Source of the DNA: Vairimorpha necatrix
Taxonomy: Eukaryota
Direction: 5' to 3'
NCBI GenBank assembly: GCA_036630325.1
Contig: CP142732.1
Coordinates: forward strand, 124,001-188,000
Length of the DNA stretch: 64,000 nt
Shown here: in pieces, positions 11,198 through 24,893 of the stretch
How positions within the stretch are numbered: position 1 is the stretch's first letter
Layout of the letters: each line of letters begins with the position of its first letter
Notes under the pieces: generated by a model
What the model saw: only the letters and a program-made list of their open reading frames with translations
What the model was told of the DNA's origin: nothing
The model's database searches: none
Program-made: the position numbers and the translations under genes

Positions 11198-13333
11198 CCT
11201 CTCCTTTGGTGAGGGGCTATTTTTAAATATTTTAAATATTTAATTGTTTGTTAACAAACAAACAAATGAATGACATTTAGTTTGAGAAAATATTATAAAC
11301 TAAATGATTAATGTGATGATGTTTCACATTCATTAATAAAAGTCATCACAACCATATAAAGAAAGTATTTTAAGTGGGATATCGCTCCGACTGAATTTTT
11401 TTCACTTCTAAATAGCTTTAAAGGAAAATCGCACCGAACGGTTACAATAACTATCTTATATATTTGTTAATAGTTTTATGTAATACTCCGATCACTTTCT
11501 TTTTTTGAATTCGCTTTTATAATTGCAGGCACTAAAAACAAATACGATGTTGTGTCATTTGTTAATAGATCGATTGCGAAAAGTTTTATATTGTCAAACA
11601 AATCGTGCACAAGTAAAGTTAGCATTTATTTCAAGAAATTAAATTATATTTTATTTCTTAACATTGTGTTTATAATTTGTTGCACATAGTTTTTTTTGTT
11701 GTATTATGAAGTAATATTAAATCTTTTAAATAATCAAAAATTCCTCTGCGGACAAGCCCTATGAATTATCTTACCCTTTAAGTAAGTATTACTCGGCAAA
11801 ATCTTTAGAATGAGAAATTAGTTTTTAATTATGTGTAAAGCAGTATTAATACACATAAGACATTCTATTATATATTCACAGATTTAATATTTAAGATTTT
11901 AATATTTAAAGTTATGTGAATTCATCCATAGTTAATATCTAAACTGTCGTGCTGCTGATTTTATCGTGTTTTATATATATTTAATGAAAATACTATCAGA
12001 GCTAAAATGAAAGGTAAAGTGAAAAAATACCAGGGAGATTGCTGAGATTTAAATCTATCAACTATGAAAGTCAATAATAAATGTGAGGATATTAGATGTA
12101 CAGTAAAAGGAGACCGGAATAATACCATCCATCATTGAAAGGTGGAATCTTTATGTGTGCCAAAACATTAAATATTTTGCTTTAATAAAGAAAAAAATAC
12201 TTGTTGGCTCATTAAAACATTTAATTTTTTTAAATACATTTATTTTATATAATCTCTAGATAAAGCTTTTAGTTTATCAATGATGTTTTTAATGTGCTTA
12301 ATCCGTTTTTTAAGAATTCTTTTACTCTCAGAAGGAAGAGTAAAAAAAATTATGGTTTTTAAATAATGGGCAAAATACTTAAAAAATGAAGAAAGATATT
12401 GGCTCTTAATTAAACATAAAGTACAATAAAATTTTTTAATCTATGCAAATATCCCTTGAAGCTTTGGCTTTAAAAAAAAGTATGCTCAAAACAAGAAAGA
12501 GCAGATTATGTAGATGAGTAAAAACGAATAATTACTAGTTAAGAAATATAGTTTTAATGTGTATTTATGATCATTTAGCTCTTATTTTGCATACGATTTG
12601 TATAAAATTGATCTATAATTATATTCCTTATATTTTTGATTCTTTTAACTCAATTTTGGCCCTTTCTTTACTTAAGATTTATTCCGTATGAAAGCTCAAA
12701 TATTTTTTCTATTTTTCCATTATGCTTGATGTCTTTCTTTTATTTGGTACAAATATGTTCATAGACCATGATTGTCAACTCCTTTATACCAGTGTCCAAG
12801 AAATGCCTCAATTGAACAATTTCTTATTCATTGTAAGTAATAAATTGCAGTATTATTGATGTTAAAATTGCAATGTATTTTAAATATTGTAAATATGGGA
12901 TATGTTTCTATTATAATTGTAAGGGGTATATATAAATTATTTAAGATTCCCGCCCAAACCAAAATAAAAATTAATTTATGATAAAAAAAAATACTAAAAT
13001 TTTACTAATATTAAGAGTAATTGTTTTTATTTTTAAATATTAAAAAGTTAATTGTATAATAAAAATTAATTAAAAAACAATTTGATTAATTAAATATAGT
13101 AAAATATTTATAAAATATTTTTCATAAAGATTAACCTAGAATATAAGATTTATTTAATAGTTAACATCCTGTTTTTTTAATTTAGTTTTCTTGGTATTAG
13201 ACGAAATACAAAAACTTTTATTATTTTCTTATTACTTCAATTTCGTATTGTTAAAATGCTTTAATTTATTCAATTTGTGATGTTTAAAAGTTACATTTGT
13301 TTATAAATAAAAAATCTATTATTAGATACCATA

Positions 13334-13804
13334 ATGAATTACAAAAAAATAAAAGAGGAGAATGAAGAATATCTCAACAAGAAGTATCAAAAGAACATTG
13401 ATATTCATCAATCTCCCGGATTTTATCATAAACCCACTATTTCAAATTATGGCTCTTACCCGACAATTCCTTTTGGATATGAGGAAAAATATTTTCAAAA
13501 ACATAAAGTTGAGAAAGTTAAAAGAAACAAAATACAAAATGTGATAACAATCAATGGACAAAGTTATTATAGCAGAGATGGTGATTTTTATGAAATATTC
13601 TGTTGTGATTATCCAGGTTGTTTTAAAAAGTACATAAGTAAATATTCTTTAAAATATCATATTGAAAAGGGACACACTTCAGATAACCTTGATGTTAATA
13701 AGCCATATGCTTGCAATTTCTGTGGATGTAATAGAAGGTATAAAAATAAGAGCACATTGATAAAGCATGTTGCTGATACTCATTACAAGAAAAATGATAA
13801 TTAA
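13334..13804 (+). CDS. Two-finger C2H2 zinc-finger protein, Sfp1-like finger pattern
   Basis: CDYPGCFKKY...LKYHIEKGH and KPYACNFCGCNRRYKN...H...H. A same-length paralog lies at 28816-29286. Confidence 0.88.
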   Translation: MNYKKIKEENEEYLNKKYQKNIDIHQSPGFYHKPTISNYGSYPTIPFGYEEKYFQKHKVEKVKRNKIQNVITINGQSYYSRDGDFYEIFCCDYPGCFKKYISKYSLKYHIEKGHTSDNLDVNKPYACNFCGCNRRYKNKSTLIKHVADTHYKKNDN

Positions 13805-14817
13805 ATTGTCTTAATGATTTTTATTTATAAAACGAAGCTAAAATCGTCAGTTACTTGATAATCAAAACTTCTAATTTCTCATTTTTGCTTATAAAATTAC
13901 TACAAGTATTTAAAAACAAGACTTATAAGCTCTTTTTAATCCAAAACGCTATCTTTTTCATGATTGCCCCACTGCGAAAAAATGCGAGCTTTTGACATTC
14001 TCGAAAAGTTTTCTGTGTTTCGATTGGACATAGCACAAAAAGCTTTGTTAATATTGTAAAAATTGTTTTTTAGTGTCCGGTAAGAGTTCGAAGGGCATAA
14101 TTTGAATTGCTCGGCAAAATCACTTGTTAATATAAATTTTGCTATAATAACAGAGCAATTATGTACCTCCAAATTTATTTTTATAATATTGGTGTCGTTT
14201 ATCTTAACTATTATGCTTCTTTTTTTGTATTATTGATTATTAATCATCGCTTGAGTATGAATTATCTAGACAATGCTTCTTTTTTACTAATATAGGGATA
14301 CAAAGAACTGTATAAGCATTGATTATGTTTTTCACTTTGCAAAATATTATTAATGTTATAAATTTGATATTAAAATAAATCAAATTTCATAAGAATAAAA
14401 TTAATAATAACGATGCTGCTTTACAATCTAAAAAAATCCTCTTTATTAATAATTTATACCAAAAATTTGTATAATTCGGTAATAAGTGCCGTTGTTCTAA
14501 ACGTTTCCTTGTCGATACCATTTTTAAGTCCATAATTTTTTCCATTAATTCATCATGCAAAATTTTAATAGTGAATGATTGCTCTTAACATCAGTCAAAA
14601 AAAAAGTAAAACACTCTAAGCTATACATTTCTACTATTATAAGTTTAAAGTTAATAGATTTTTGCTAATGTTTGTCCCTGCAGTTTTAAATATGATGATT
14701 ATTTATCATTTTAAAATATTTATTTTGGCAAATTACGGTCGATTTTAAATGGACGCTATAAAATATCGTCTTGTTTTTTTTGATTTAAAATAAATATTCA
14801 ATATTATAATCATTTTC

Positions 14818-14905
14818 GGAGCAGGGTTACTTACAGCCCCGCGCATTTGAGGGTGTACGATTTTTTTTGAATCGTAAAAATGAAGTGCAAAAAACAGAAG
14901 TAAAC
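14818..14905 (+). repeat. Isolated TIR related to the Mutator-like element at 32362-33393
   Basis: ggagcagggttac...tttgagggtgtacgattttttttgaa...gaagtgcaaaa aligns with both TIRs of that element. Confidence 0.6.
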
Positions 14906-15403
14906 ATTAGCACTCAAATTTCTGCATCGTTGAACATTTATTATACTAAATAAATATTTTGCCCATTTTTTGTAGGTTTATTATAATCTTTTAACTACTT
15001 ATTTAATACTTTAGATGTATTTAAAATTTCAACTTTAGATTTAATGTTCTAATTTGAGAAGTATGCATGCGCATACTTAAATATAATACATTGTTTTTTA
15101 ATTCTTTTTTTGGAAAATTTGGTTTCAAAATATCGTCAAAATCGTTTTTAGAATTTATTTAGCCCCTCCAAAAAATTGGAAAATCATTTGAAAAATTAAA
15201 TTTTGAATACAAAGTGTCAATATTCAAGCTTTATAAGTTTCCAAAATTATCTCATTAAGATTTATAAGTGTTTTATACATTTTTTACCTTTATATATTAC
15301 TTTAAGTGTTTTGGAAAATCATACCATGATCTCCTTTTCAAATTCTATCTTCCCAAAATGGAAACGCAAATTGATAGGAGGCGATATCATAAAACATAAT
15401 GAA

Positions 15404-17117
15404 TGGAACCGTTCGGAGCGGACGCCAGGGAAAATGCTTACTTGAGAAGGGTAAAAAATTAAAAAAAATTGTTGTTTATTTGTAATTTGTATTTAAAATT
15501 CCTTTAATTTCAACAGCATGACAATAAAATTGAATAACAATGAAAGACAAGAAGTTTTTGTTTTTTACAGGCTGGCATTGTTCGAACAAGGTTGGTAGAA
15601 AAACAAGAAAAAATTGCTTCCAGGAAAAAAGTGCAAAAATTTATCTTTTTGAGGATGTAATTGACGGTATCACAGAGCTCACGGTGAGATTTAAAGTAGG
15701 TCTATATAGATCATTAAGATTCTTTACCGCCAACGAGCAACGATTCAAAATCGATTATATAAAATTGATCCACGTCTCAAATGGGCATGCGGGACGGGAC
15801 AGATTGTTTCCATTATTGCAAACAAAAGTCTACGACGCAACACAAAAAGATATCCAGAGGGTCTTGAATAGCTGTGATATATGTCAATCAAAGAAAAATC
15901 TAGTAACTAGACCAGTTATTAGACCAATTGTAGCAAGGTATCCAAAGGAAAGATATGTTGCAGACTTGATTGATCTCCGGCTATATCACGAACTCAATGA
16001 AGGATATAAATGGTTATTGAATATTGCAGATTCATTTACCGAATTTTGTTGGACGGTACCATGCTTGACATAACAGGTATTAGTGCAGGGAATGCCTTTG
16101 AGACATTGTTTAGAACATTGGTTCTTATATATACTTCATACTGATAACGGCAGAGAATTTGTAAATCAAACACTTGTCGATTTATGTCAGAAATATGAAA
16201 TAAGACATGTAAGGGGAAGAGCTAGATGTCCATGGATACAAGGACAGATAGAACGATGCAATCAAACAATAAATAGGATGATTGCATCTACTCATAGGAC
16301 AAAAAATATTTTGTGGGCAACGGACCAAGGTACGAGCGATTTACCTGGTCATAAATAATTTAAGACACTCTACTACGAGACGAAACCATTCTATTTAATG
16401 TTTGGTAGACCCATTAGGGACACAATGGCTGAGTCTAGAATCACGGGCATTCTAGAATCGATTAATAGCGAAAATCACGAACAAGAGTGTGAGGACGAAG
16501 AACACGCCGAAGAACTTCTATCAAATGTTCATGATTGCAATATCAATGAAGAAATACAGCAACTATATGCTCTTAATAGCACAATTCGTTTTTAAATCAA
16601 ATTTATCATGATGCAGATAGAATTCATACACATACTGCTGCAGATAGAATGGTACATAGAAGAATGTGGAGAAATGATTTCTTAGAATTTAAAATTGTAG
16701 ATAGAGTTTTATAAGACCTTACATTAACAACAACGTCAATACCAGAAAACATTCTCTATATGAACATTTAGATGCTGAGGTCTATATTGTAACAGACATA
16801 ATAAAATTTATTAAAGTAAAATTATGCAAAGAAGATGATAATGGCATTATAATAGGAGAAATAAGTACTAGAGATCTCGGTTTGCTTGGCAATGAATAAA
16901 GTACTAAAAATTTTTGTTTTAGAAATTTTTCTCCTTTTTTCATAATTCCTTCCCATTATTATAAAAAAAATAGTAAAAATTTATCCTCAAAAATCGAGAC
17001 AAAACTTGGGTAATCATTTAATACGAACATTTATTTGTTCTTATTTTTTGGTTCGATCCTCACTGAAGAGATTTTTTTTTACTTTTTTACCATTGGCGTC
17101 CGCTCCGAACTGTGACA
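15404..17117 (+). mobile_element. Ginger2/TDD-like integrase DNA transposon
   Basis: TIRs TGGAACCGTTCGGAGCGGACGCCA and TGGCGTCCGCTCCGAACTGTGACA, 5-bp TSD ATGAA. Encodes integrase only, no RT. Confidence 0.88.
15540..16900 (+). pseudogene. Retroviral-type (rve) integrase/transposase, frameshifted
   Basis: H..GHAGRD, CDICQ, YVADLID, LHTDNGREF and QGQIERCNQTI spread over ORFs 15540-16073, 16083-16358 and 16398-16595. End approximate. Confidence 0.85.
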
Positions 17118-17148
17118 ATGAATAAATCCCGTTTTTAAAATAAGAAAG

Positions 17149-17488
17149 TGTCCTGTATCAACGGGACTTTGCTATATTTATAATAGCTTTCTAAATAGTT
17201 TTTAATATTATATTTTTTATTGATGGTTTCTCTATTTCTCTTATACTCCATACCCTTCAAAGACAGACTTTCTTTTATAGTTTATTTTTAATTTATTAAA
17301 TGTTGTCAACACTAAACACAAACATTGGCATACTTACCAATGTAGTAACAGCCGTGCAACTTTCGTTTGTTTGTTTGTTTGTGTGACTCTTCTTGGCGGG
17401 TTGCTTGTGATTCCCGACGTGTCATTGGAGATATGTGACAGGCGATGTTTATGACACATGCCCTTGTGATGTAGTAAATAACATCACA
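17149..17488 (-). repeat. Solo LTR (340 bp)
   Basis: TG...CA termini, 5-bp TSD GAAAG. Homologous to the solo LTR at 41399-41714. Confidence 0.85.
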
Positions 17489-17659
17489 GAAAGCATGAGA
17501 AGTCTTTATATAAAATATAATTTTTAAAAAAATTGTCTCTATTAACTACATATTTCCAATAGTTTAACATATTTATTATACAATTTTTGATTAAAGAATC
17601 TCTCTAAAATATAGAATGTGAATTTAATTTTTTCTAAATCTAAATCATATTATTTATTT

Positions 17660-18961
17660 TCATTGTTTGTGTGATCCGGCATGTAGCCTGATCCGAAGTA
17701 GAAGAGGGGGACTATTGATAAACGATTTTTTGAGTTAATTTGCCAGTAAGATACGATAATCTTAGAACAGCTTTCCCCGGTATCGCTCATTGATTCAGCT
17801 ATTCACAGACTCTGGTTTCTGTGGAATTATTTATGTTTTGTTAACTCGAAATTTTTAGCTTCATTCTCCTTTGCTGACACCACTTCTTTAACAGTCGCCA
17901 TATTCGCTAGTGCGCTTACAGCTCTAGCCACCTCTTCTTCTCCTGCATCCTCCTGATCGTATCCTCGTCGTCGTTCCAAAGATATGGACTCTAGAGTCTT
18001 CTTCATCACAATATACTGGATATATGCTTCAAGGTAGGGTTAAATTTCCAGCTCCCTGATGTACTTTCTATGATATTTGGTTACCACTCCATTCCACGTC
18101 ATTACATAAGAAACTATTCTTATCTGGGATTTATGTATTAGTCCCAAATTTGCAAGAAGGTCATATTTTCTTATATTATCATTCTCAACTTAGTTAAGTC
18201 AATCCTGGTTAATTATACCAACTTCAACTTTTAAAATTTCTTTCTTATTCTTGTCAAATACAAGAATATCAAGCTTATTATGGGGTCACCTCTATATTAG
18301 TGGATATTCTCGTATCTACTCTTATTTCTGGCGATCATTTTCCATGATCTCTGTACTGAGTGTCCACGTATTTTCTTTGTCTTCTTAAACCCATATTTAA
18401 TACATAGTAAGAGATGAATGCATCTAACTACCTCGTTGTGTCTTTTCATATAATCAACCCCCAACATTCAATCACACTAGGTAGCTAAATGATCCACGGT
18501 CTTCCTATGAGATCCACAATGGGGACATTGTCCCTCTTGTCCACAGAAGATATTTCTATCCTGTAGGAAGCTGTAAATTGCTTCGGATATAGCCTGATTG
18601 TTTCCTTTAACCAGCCAAGTATAATTGTCCCTAATGCTTACTAAATCATTGTCCCTAGCTTTAAACAACTTTCCATGGTTTGTTTTTATTTTAATTTTGT
18701 TGTAAGGCGCTTCTTTTTAATATTCTATTAGCATCTTCTGGGTTGTCTCTCCTACAAAACTATACCTAATCCTTAGATACTCGTTAATTGTAAACAAGTG
18801 GGATTTGCTCTCTGTCTCTACTTTAAGTATCGCTGCCCGTCTTAGTGAGCTTTTTTAGACTCATCTAAAGTTTTATAAATATTCAGAAGCATACTTTCGC
18901 TTCTATCTATGATACTTATGAGGCCTCTACCAATTTCGGATCTAGGTAGGTATAGTCTTTC
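17660..18961 (-). mobile_element. RLE-type non-LTR retrotransposon, 3' part, degraded
   Basis: ERLYLPRSEIGRGL (post-RT), CPHCGSHRKTVDHLAT, KRHNEVVRCIHL and AYIQYIVMKKTLES. Multiple stops. Confidence 0.85.
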
Positions 18962-20809
18962 CTAGGGGAGTCAAAACTAACATATTTATTTAAATTGTTG
19001 TCTTTTTTATTGCTCATCGAAATTTCGGTCTGGGGTAAATTCCGTTTAAATAGTTGATTAGATCAACTGTCAACTCTTTGAGAAGTAAACAAACAAACAA
19101 GAAAATAATGTTCTACTAAATTAGTACTACTTCATATGACATGCACTTTTCCTACTTTTAGTTTGTGCATGTCAAACATGTCCAATATTTATTTACAATA
19201 CTTCAAGATGTTTGACAGTTCCAATGATCATTGTTTGGTTGGAAGCCGTATCGTCAGTGCAGGTCTGCAGCCTGACACTCTCCCTCCTTTGAAAGAATCC
19301 AATCTCTTGGATCTGACTCTTCAATTTTCATTAGATCTTTTCGATTAACTAAGTATCGGCTTTCCATTTAAACCTTCAAATTCATAGTTTCCATTCTTCC
19401 CCTTTTTTATAACTCTATAGATTCCATCAAAGTTTGCATCTAACTTATTCTCTTTTTCAGTTAACAGTTTTTTTCTTTTTACGTAATAATTTTCATCAAT
19501 ATCGTCAAGGCTTCTACCTTTTTAACATTTTTTATTTCTTTTGCGCGTATTTCTTTTTCTTCATTTATCATTAATTTACGAAATTCGTTTAATCTCTCGA
19601 CTATAAGGCCATTATCTTTAAGGATATTATCATCAATCTTAGCCTCTAGAAACGAATTTGGCAATCTCCCATATAAAAGTTCATACGGTGACCTTTTAGA
19701 TTGTTTTCTTGGAGATATTCGGTAAGCAAATATCGCATAGGGGAGGTATTCATCCCACTGTTTCCACCTACCATCAACTAATTTAGCTAGTTTACCTATT
19801 AGGGGTTTATTAGTGCGCTCTGCTAACCCATTACATTTCGGGTTGTAACTTGAAGTATACGATTTCTTACAATTCAACATGCCACAAATAGTCTTTATCA
19901 ATCTTCTGGTAATTCGAACCTTGATCAGACAATATTTTTTTAGGTGGTCCATGTTGGCAAATTATCTTCTTTAGTATATATAAAGCAATCACATTTATAG
20001 ATTTGGATTTTATTGCTTCTGCTTAGTACCATCAGTTACATATTTTGTTGCGATTACTACGTATCTATTTCCACTACAACTTTTCGGTAAAGGATCTACC
20101 AGGTCTATCCCTATTATGTCCAGGGGATTCATCAGTGGAAGTATTTTTTTCTCGAAATTAATGGCACCCCCGTGGTTTTCGATTACATATGTTACATCTG
20201 CTTATCGTTTCAATCATGTCCTTATACGTGCCTTTCCATTTTAGCTCTCTCAACATGAGTACGTATGTTGCATCAACACGCCATGTTCGCAATCGTGATG
20301 AATTTTTAGAATTACTCGAACCTTTTCGTCAGCGGATATCTTTTTCTCTTCTTGAGTATTTGATGCTATCATCACAATTCTACTGAGTGCATCGGCCATT
20401 ACATTTTTTTTCTCCGGGCATGTATTCGATTTTATATCTATACTCTTGTAAGGTCCAAATCCCTCTCATTAGTCTACCTGTAGTCTCTTTTAGATTTAGT
20501 AGCCATTTTAATGCTTAATGATCTGTCTTTATTATGAACTGTTGTGTCAAAAAAAAACTCGTAGTTTTTTAACTCCCCATACTACACCTAAGCACTGCTT
20601 TTCTGATACCGTGTAATTAATTTCTGCTGGGCTCAAAGTTATTGAGATGCATACAATGGGTCTCAATTATCCATGTTCATCTTCTTGCTGTAATACTACT
20701 CCCAATGCCAAATTTGATGCATCTATATATAAGTATTTTTTCTTTTTGAAATCTAGTAGTTTCAAGCCAGAAGCATTGGCGATTTTTTTTTATACTATTA
20801 AATGCTTGT
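18962..20809 (-). mobile_element. Truncated Ty3/Gypsy element (RNase H, integrase, PPT and probable 3' LTR ~18962-19277)
   Basis: RNase H remnants at 20450-20760, integrase SYNPKCNGLAERTN...SPYELLYGR, PPT next to 19277. Cut off by element E at 20810. Confidence 0.8.
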
Positions 20810-23800
20810 TGTTGAGATTTAAAAAATTATATTTTATATCCTTAATTTTAGAATAAATATGTTTATGGTGGAGAATATAATGAACGAGATAAACAAAGAC
20901 AATATAATTGTAGAAATTAGAATAGCAGAGGCTCCGAGTAGTTGGGCAAAAACGACCAATAAGGAGAAGTTAGATTTTTTTATAAGCAGACTTAACTCTC
21001 ATATTGTAGATTGGATTGTAGGACTTTTAAAGTCACACGGAAAACCGCTTTAACGTTTGAAATCTGGAAAAATAAAGTAGAACAAGAATTTGAGAATAAA
21101 ACATTGCTTTTTGACATTTACAATATGAAGCAAAAGGAAGAACAAAAAGTTGTTGATTTTATTGAAGATGTAGTTTCTAAATGAAATTTCCAATTTCGAC
21201 AAAAGAAAAATTATTAGATCAGGAGTAGATAAAAAGTTAAAAATGATTAAAATTTTTTTTACGACCCAATATGAGATCAACAAAGAATTTTACGAAATAT
21301 TAAATGAAATGGAGAACGAAGCATTATTGAATATCAAGTTGGCTGGTTTAAGACTTACTAAACAGAACCAACCAAATACATGCTTTAGATGCAGAAGGCC
21401 AGGACATTTAGCTAAGGATTGTAGGGTGAATCGAAATAATAAACAGGCTAATGATGATCGAAGGAATATTAATGAGATTGAAAAGGATAGTCAGGAAGTA
21501 GATCAAAGCTTTATTACGAATAAAAATAATTTTATTTATGTTGGGACTAAAAAAGTCCCCGTGGTTTTTGATTCGGGTACGGCCTACAACTTTATCTCTC
21601 TTCAAGCTGTCTATGATTTAAAATTGAAACTCAATAAGAATATGAATGTTTTGAAATTTTTCACATGTCTTGATGAAGAATTTCTAGTTGAAAACCATGT
21701 TATTGAGGAATACAAATATGGTAATAGAATATTTAAAAGCAGAATGTATGTTTTACCTAAAGTAAAAAATTTTAAAATGTTAATAGGAAAAGATGATATT
21801 TGTAAAGTTTTTCGACAATTGAGCAATAGAATTTGTGAGATCAATACAAAACCAGGAGAGAAGGTAATAGAACACGTTTATAGTTTACCAAAGAAATTGG
21901 AGGAAGGAATACAAAACTCTATAAATGAGTTATTAAAAAACGGGCATATAAGGAAATCTAATTCAACATGGCTAAATAACCTTAGGCCAGTGATCAGACC
22001 GGATGGATCCATAAGAGTTACTACAAATTTAATAGCGCTCAGCAGATTGGTAGATCTAGATAATTATTTCCTCCCCAATATTGAAAGACTTATATACAGT
22101 CTTAGAGACATAAAATATATTAAAAATTAATTTAAAAGATGGATTTTTCAAATTAAATTGGCTGAAAAAGACAAACACAAAACCGCTTTCAGATTTAATT
22201 ATTTATTATACGAATGGAACGTAATGCTCATGGGGTTTAAAAATGTACCAGCCGTTTTTCGAAGGTTTATGGACAACGTCCTTGAAGAAGAAAAAGGGAA
22301 AAATTGCTTTGTTTATGTTGATGACATCCTTGTTTTTGGTAGGAATGAAGAAGAACATGATACAAGCTATACAAAGGTTATTAACAAGCTACAAAAATAT
22401 GAGCTACGAATTAACGACTCAAAGACTATACATAAAAAAGATAACATAGAATTTTTAGAACATGTTATTGAATATAACAAGATAAAGCCGAAATTTTCGG
22501 CTGAACAAGGAATTTAAAGTATAGAAAGACCAAATAATAGAAAATCTTGTACGGAATTTTTAGGATTGTTTATTACTATCGTAAATTTATTCCACAATGT
22601 TCAATCATTGCCGGGCCATTGTATGATTTACTTAAAAAGGATGTTGTATTTAAGTGGGAAGAGAAAGAAGAAAAAGCTTTTAAGAAATTAAAAAATATAT
22701 TGAGATCACGCGTGGTTCTATCCCAGCCCAATTACAAAAAACCTTATATTTTGGAAACAGATGCATGCCAGTCAGGAATAGGAGCTATCCTCTCACAAAA
22801 TCATGGAAGTGGTCCAGTACCAATTGCTTTCGCTTCAAGAAGATTGTTACCTACTGAGATAAACTATGGAATCAGCGAAAAAAAATGTTTACCGATGTTA
22901 TAGGGATGAAACATTTCAGATATTATCTCTATGGAAATGAATTTACTGCAGTCACTGATCATAAGGCCCTAGAAACACTAAATCGGGGAGAGATAAAATC
23001 TTTGCGGATCCAACGATGGTTAGACAAACTTAGTGAATATAATTATTGTGTCGTGTATAGAAAAAGAACAAACATTCCACATGTGGATTGCTTATCCAGA
23101 TCACCAAGACAAGAAATTTAGAGATTTAAAATCTAGAATTAGAAATGACCGAGGAAGACAAAAGAAAAATTATCCGTGATAAACACCTAGAACTTGTCCA
23201 TGGAGGTTATAAAGCAGTTCAAAATGAACTTAAAAAGAAATACGATTGGAAAGATATGGAAAAAATTGACTAAAGACGAGCTAAAGAGGTGTATTCGGTG
23301 TAAAATGTATAATATTAAAAGAGGGGATTGAATTTTATTTGTAAAGTCACATGCGATTGGAAAGAAAGTAGCAATAGATATTATTGGTCCAGTTAACAAC
23401 CAATATATCGTGTCTGGGATTGATTACTTTAGTCGATTGGATTTGGAAAGGTACTAAGTTCCAGGGAGAGTAAGAAAATTGTAAAATTTTTAGATATGAT
23501 AAATCAAAAAATTAAGATACATAAACTAATTTTAGATCAATCGAAAGAAAACCATAGTAAAGAAATAAGATGTTGGGCAGCAAGTAATAATGTCGAATTA
23601 CCTTATACCTCGCCATTTCACCACTAGTCCAATAGAAGAGTGGAAAGATTTAATAGAACAACACAAGAAGGAATATACAAACAAGAGGGAAAAGAAAATC
23701 TTAAAATTAAACTTTTAAAGGTTTTAGATGTATATAACAATATATATCATAGTAAGTTAGGTATGTCTCCGAATGATGCTTTAAACCCGACCAATTTCCA

Positions 23801-24125
23801 AAAGGTGAAAGAAAAACAATATGAGGAGATACTAAAATTCAATGAAAGAAATAAAAACCGAGAAACCGAACCACAATTTTCAGAGGGGGATAGCGTTATT
23901 ATAAAAACGGAAACAGGTGTCAAAAAGGAAGAACCCAAATTTAAGGTTAGAGGTTTAATTTTTAAAGTTTTAGAAACAACACATATCTGGTGAGGACAGA
24001 TAACAAAACTATTAAGCGACATTCTTATCAGCTGAAATTAATAATAGACGAATGTTTTTAAGAGGGGGATGTTGAGATTTGAAAAATTATATTTTATAAC
24101 CTTAATTTTAGAATAAATATGTTTA
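20810..24125 (+). mobile_element. Ty3/Gypsy element E with 56-bp LTRs, degraded
   Basis: Direct repeats 20810-20865 and 24070-24125 (2 mismatches), PBS TGGTGGAGAAT (tRNA-Ala-like), PPT AGAGGGGGA. CFRCRRPGHLAKDC, VFDSGT, YVDD, RNase H and integrase in broken ORFs. No TSD seen. Confidence 0.88.
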
Positions 24126-24893
24126 ATGATTAAAACGAAATTCATCAATTTTAATATTCAAAAAAAATTAAACTGCGATGTACAATAATATTTCAACAAA
24201 ACTTTCAAATCTAATGTTATTGTGATGCATTACCCCAAAATAAATGAAAGGTTGGCTTTCGTATATTTTCTTTGGAAAATATTATAAGAATTATTCTCTA
24301 GAGGAAATATTTGTACCATTTCACAGCTCAATTTCCAATCTTGTTGAGCATATATTTATATTTAATATAAATATTTTAACTTGTATAGATAAAATTAAAT
24401 TTAGAGATACAAATACTTCATAACAACGTGTGACATATAAAAGTTTAATGTTTTCGCACTATTAACAAATGTGTTTATGGAATTCTTTGGATTTATTAAA
24501 TAAATTAAAATATGTCAAAAATCTCAAACAACAATACGCTATAAATATTCATTTACAAACAATTTCCATAAATGTATGAGTTTTGTAAAAAAAAAATTTA
24601 ACTTCAAATTGTATATGCGAATGATTTGTTTTGATAATTGTACATATATTAATAAATGTATTAAGCATGCAATATGTCAGGATAAATATTAATTGTGAAA
24701 TATTAATTTTAATTGGATTGACGTCCTTTATAACAGATAACTTATAGTTTTTAAAATAACCATAGCATATTTAAGTTCGCTTTTTTTTGGAAGAAATTAC
24801 AAAGGTAATCAAATAATAACAAACTATATTGTAGGCCCTCCGTTTTGATTTGTTTGACAGCTTAATTACATAAAACATTTTGAAATATAACCC

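Larger units (their letters stand above)
7137..11350 (-). mobile_element. Intact Ty3/Gypsy LTR retrotransposon (element A)
   Basis: Apparently identical 256-bp LTRs (7137-7392, 11095-11350), TG...CA termini, 5-bp TSD ACCAT, PPT next to 7392, single uninterrupted ORF. Confidence 0.97.
5223..11446 (-). mobile_element. Ginger2/TDD-like integrase DNA transposon, degraded, interrupted by a solo LTR and a full LTR element
   Basis: Termini TGTCACAGTCCGG and CCGAACGGTTACA; flanks ATAAA/ATAAC. Internal sequence is collinear with 15404-17117. About 1.74 kb after removing the two insertions. Confidence 0.8.

Noticed and set aside
11060-11220. Tf1-type self-priming (PBS complementary to the transcript 5' end)
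   Set aside because: By eye I found no 9-11 nt complement of the post-LTR sequence within the LTR. A computed search and a mapped start site are still needed.
13936-14172. 78-aa minus-strand ORF
   Set aside because: Non-ATG start, no motif and no paralog in the window.
17665-17696. GC-richer hairpin considered as a ribozyme
   Set aside because: No complete hammerhead or HDV core visible. More simply a 3' UTR stem-loop of the non-LTR element.
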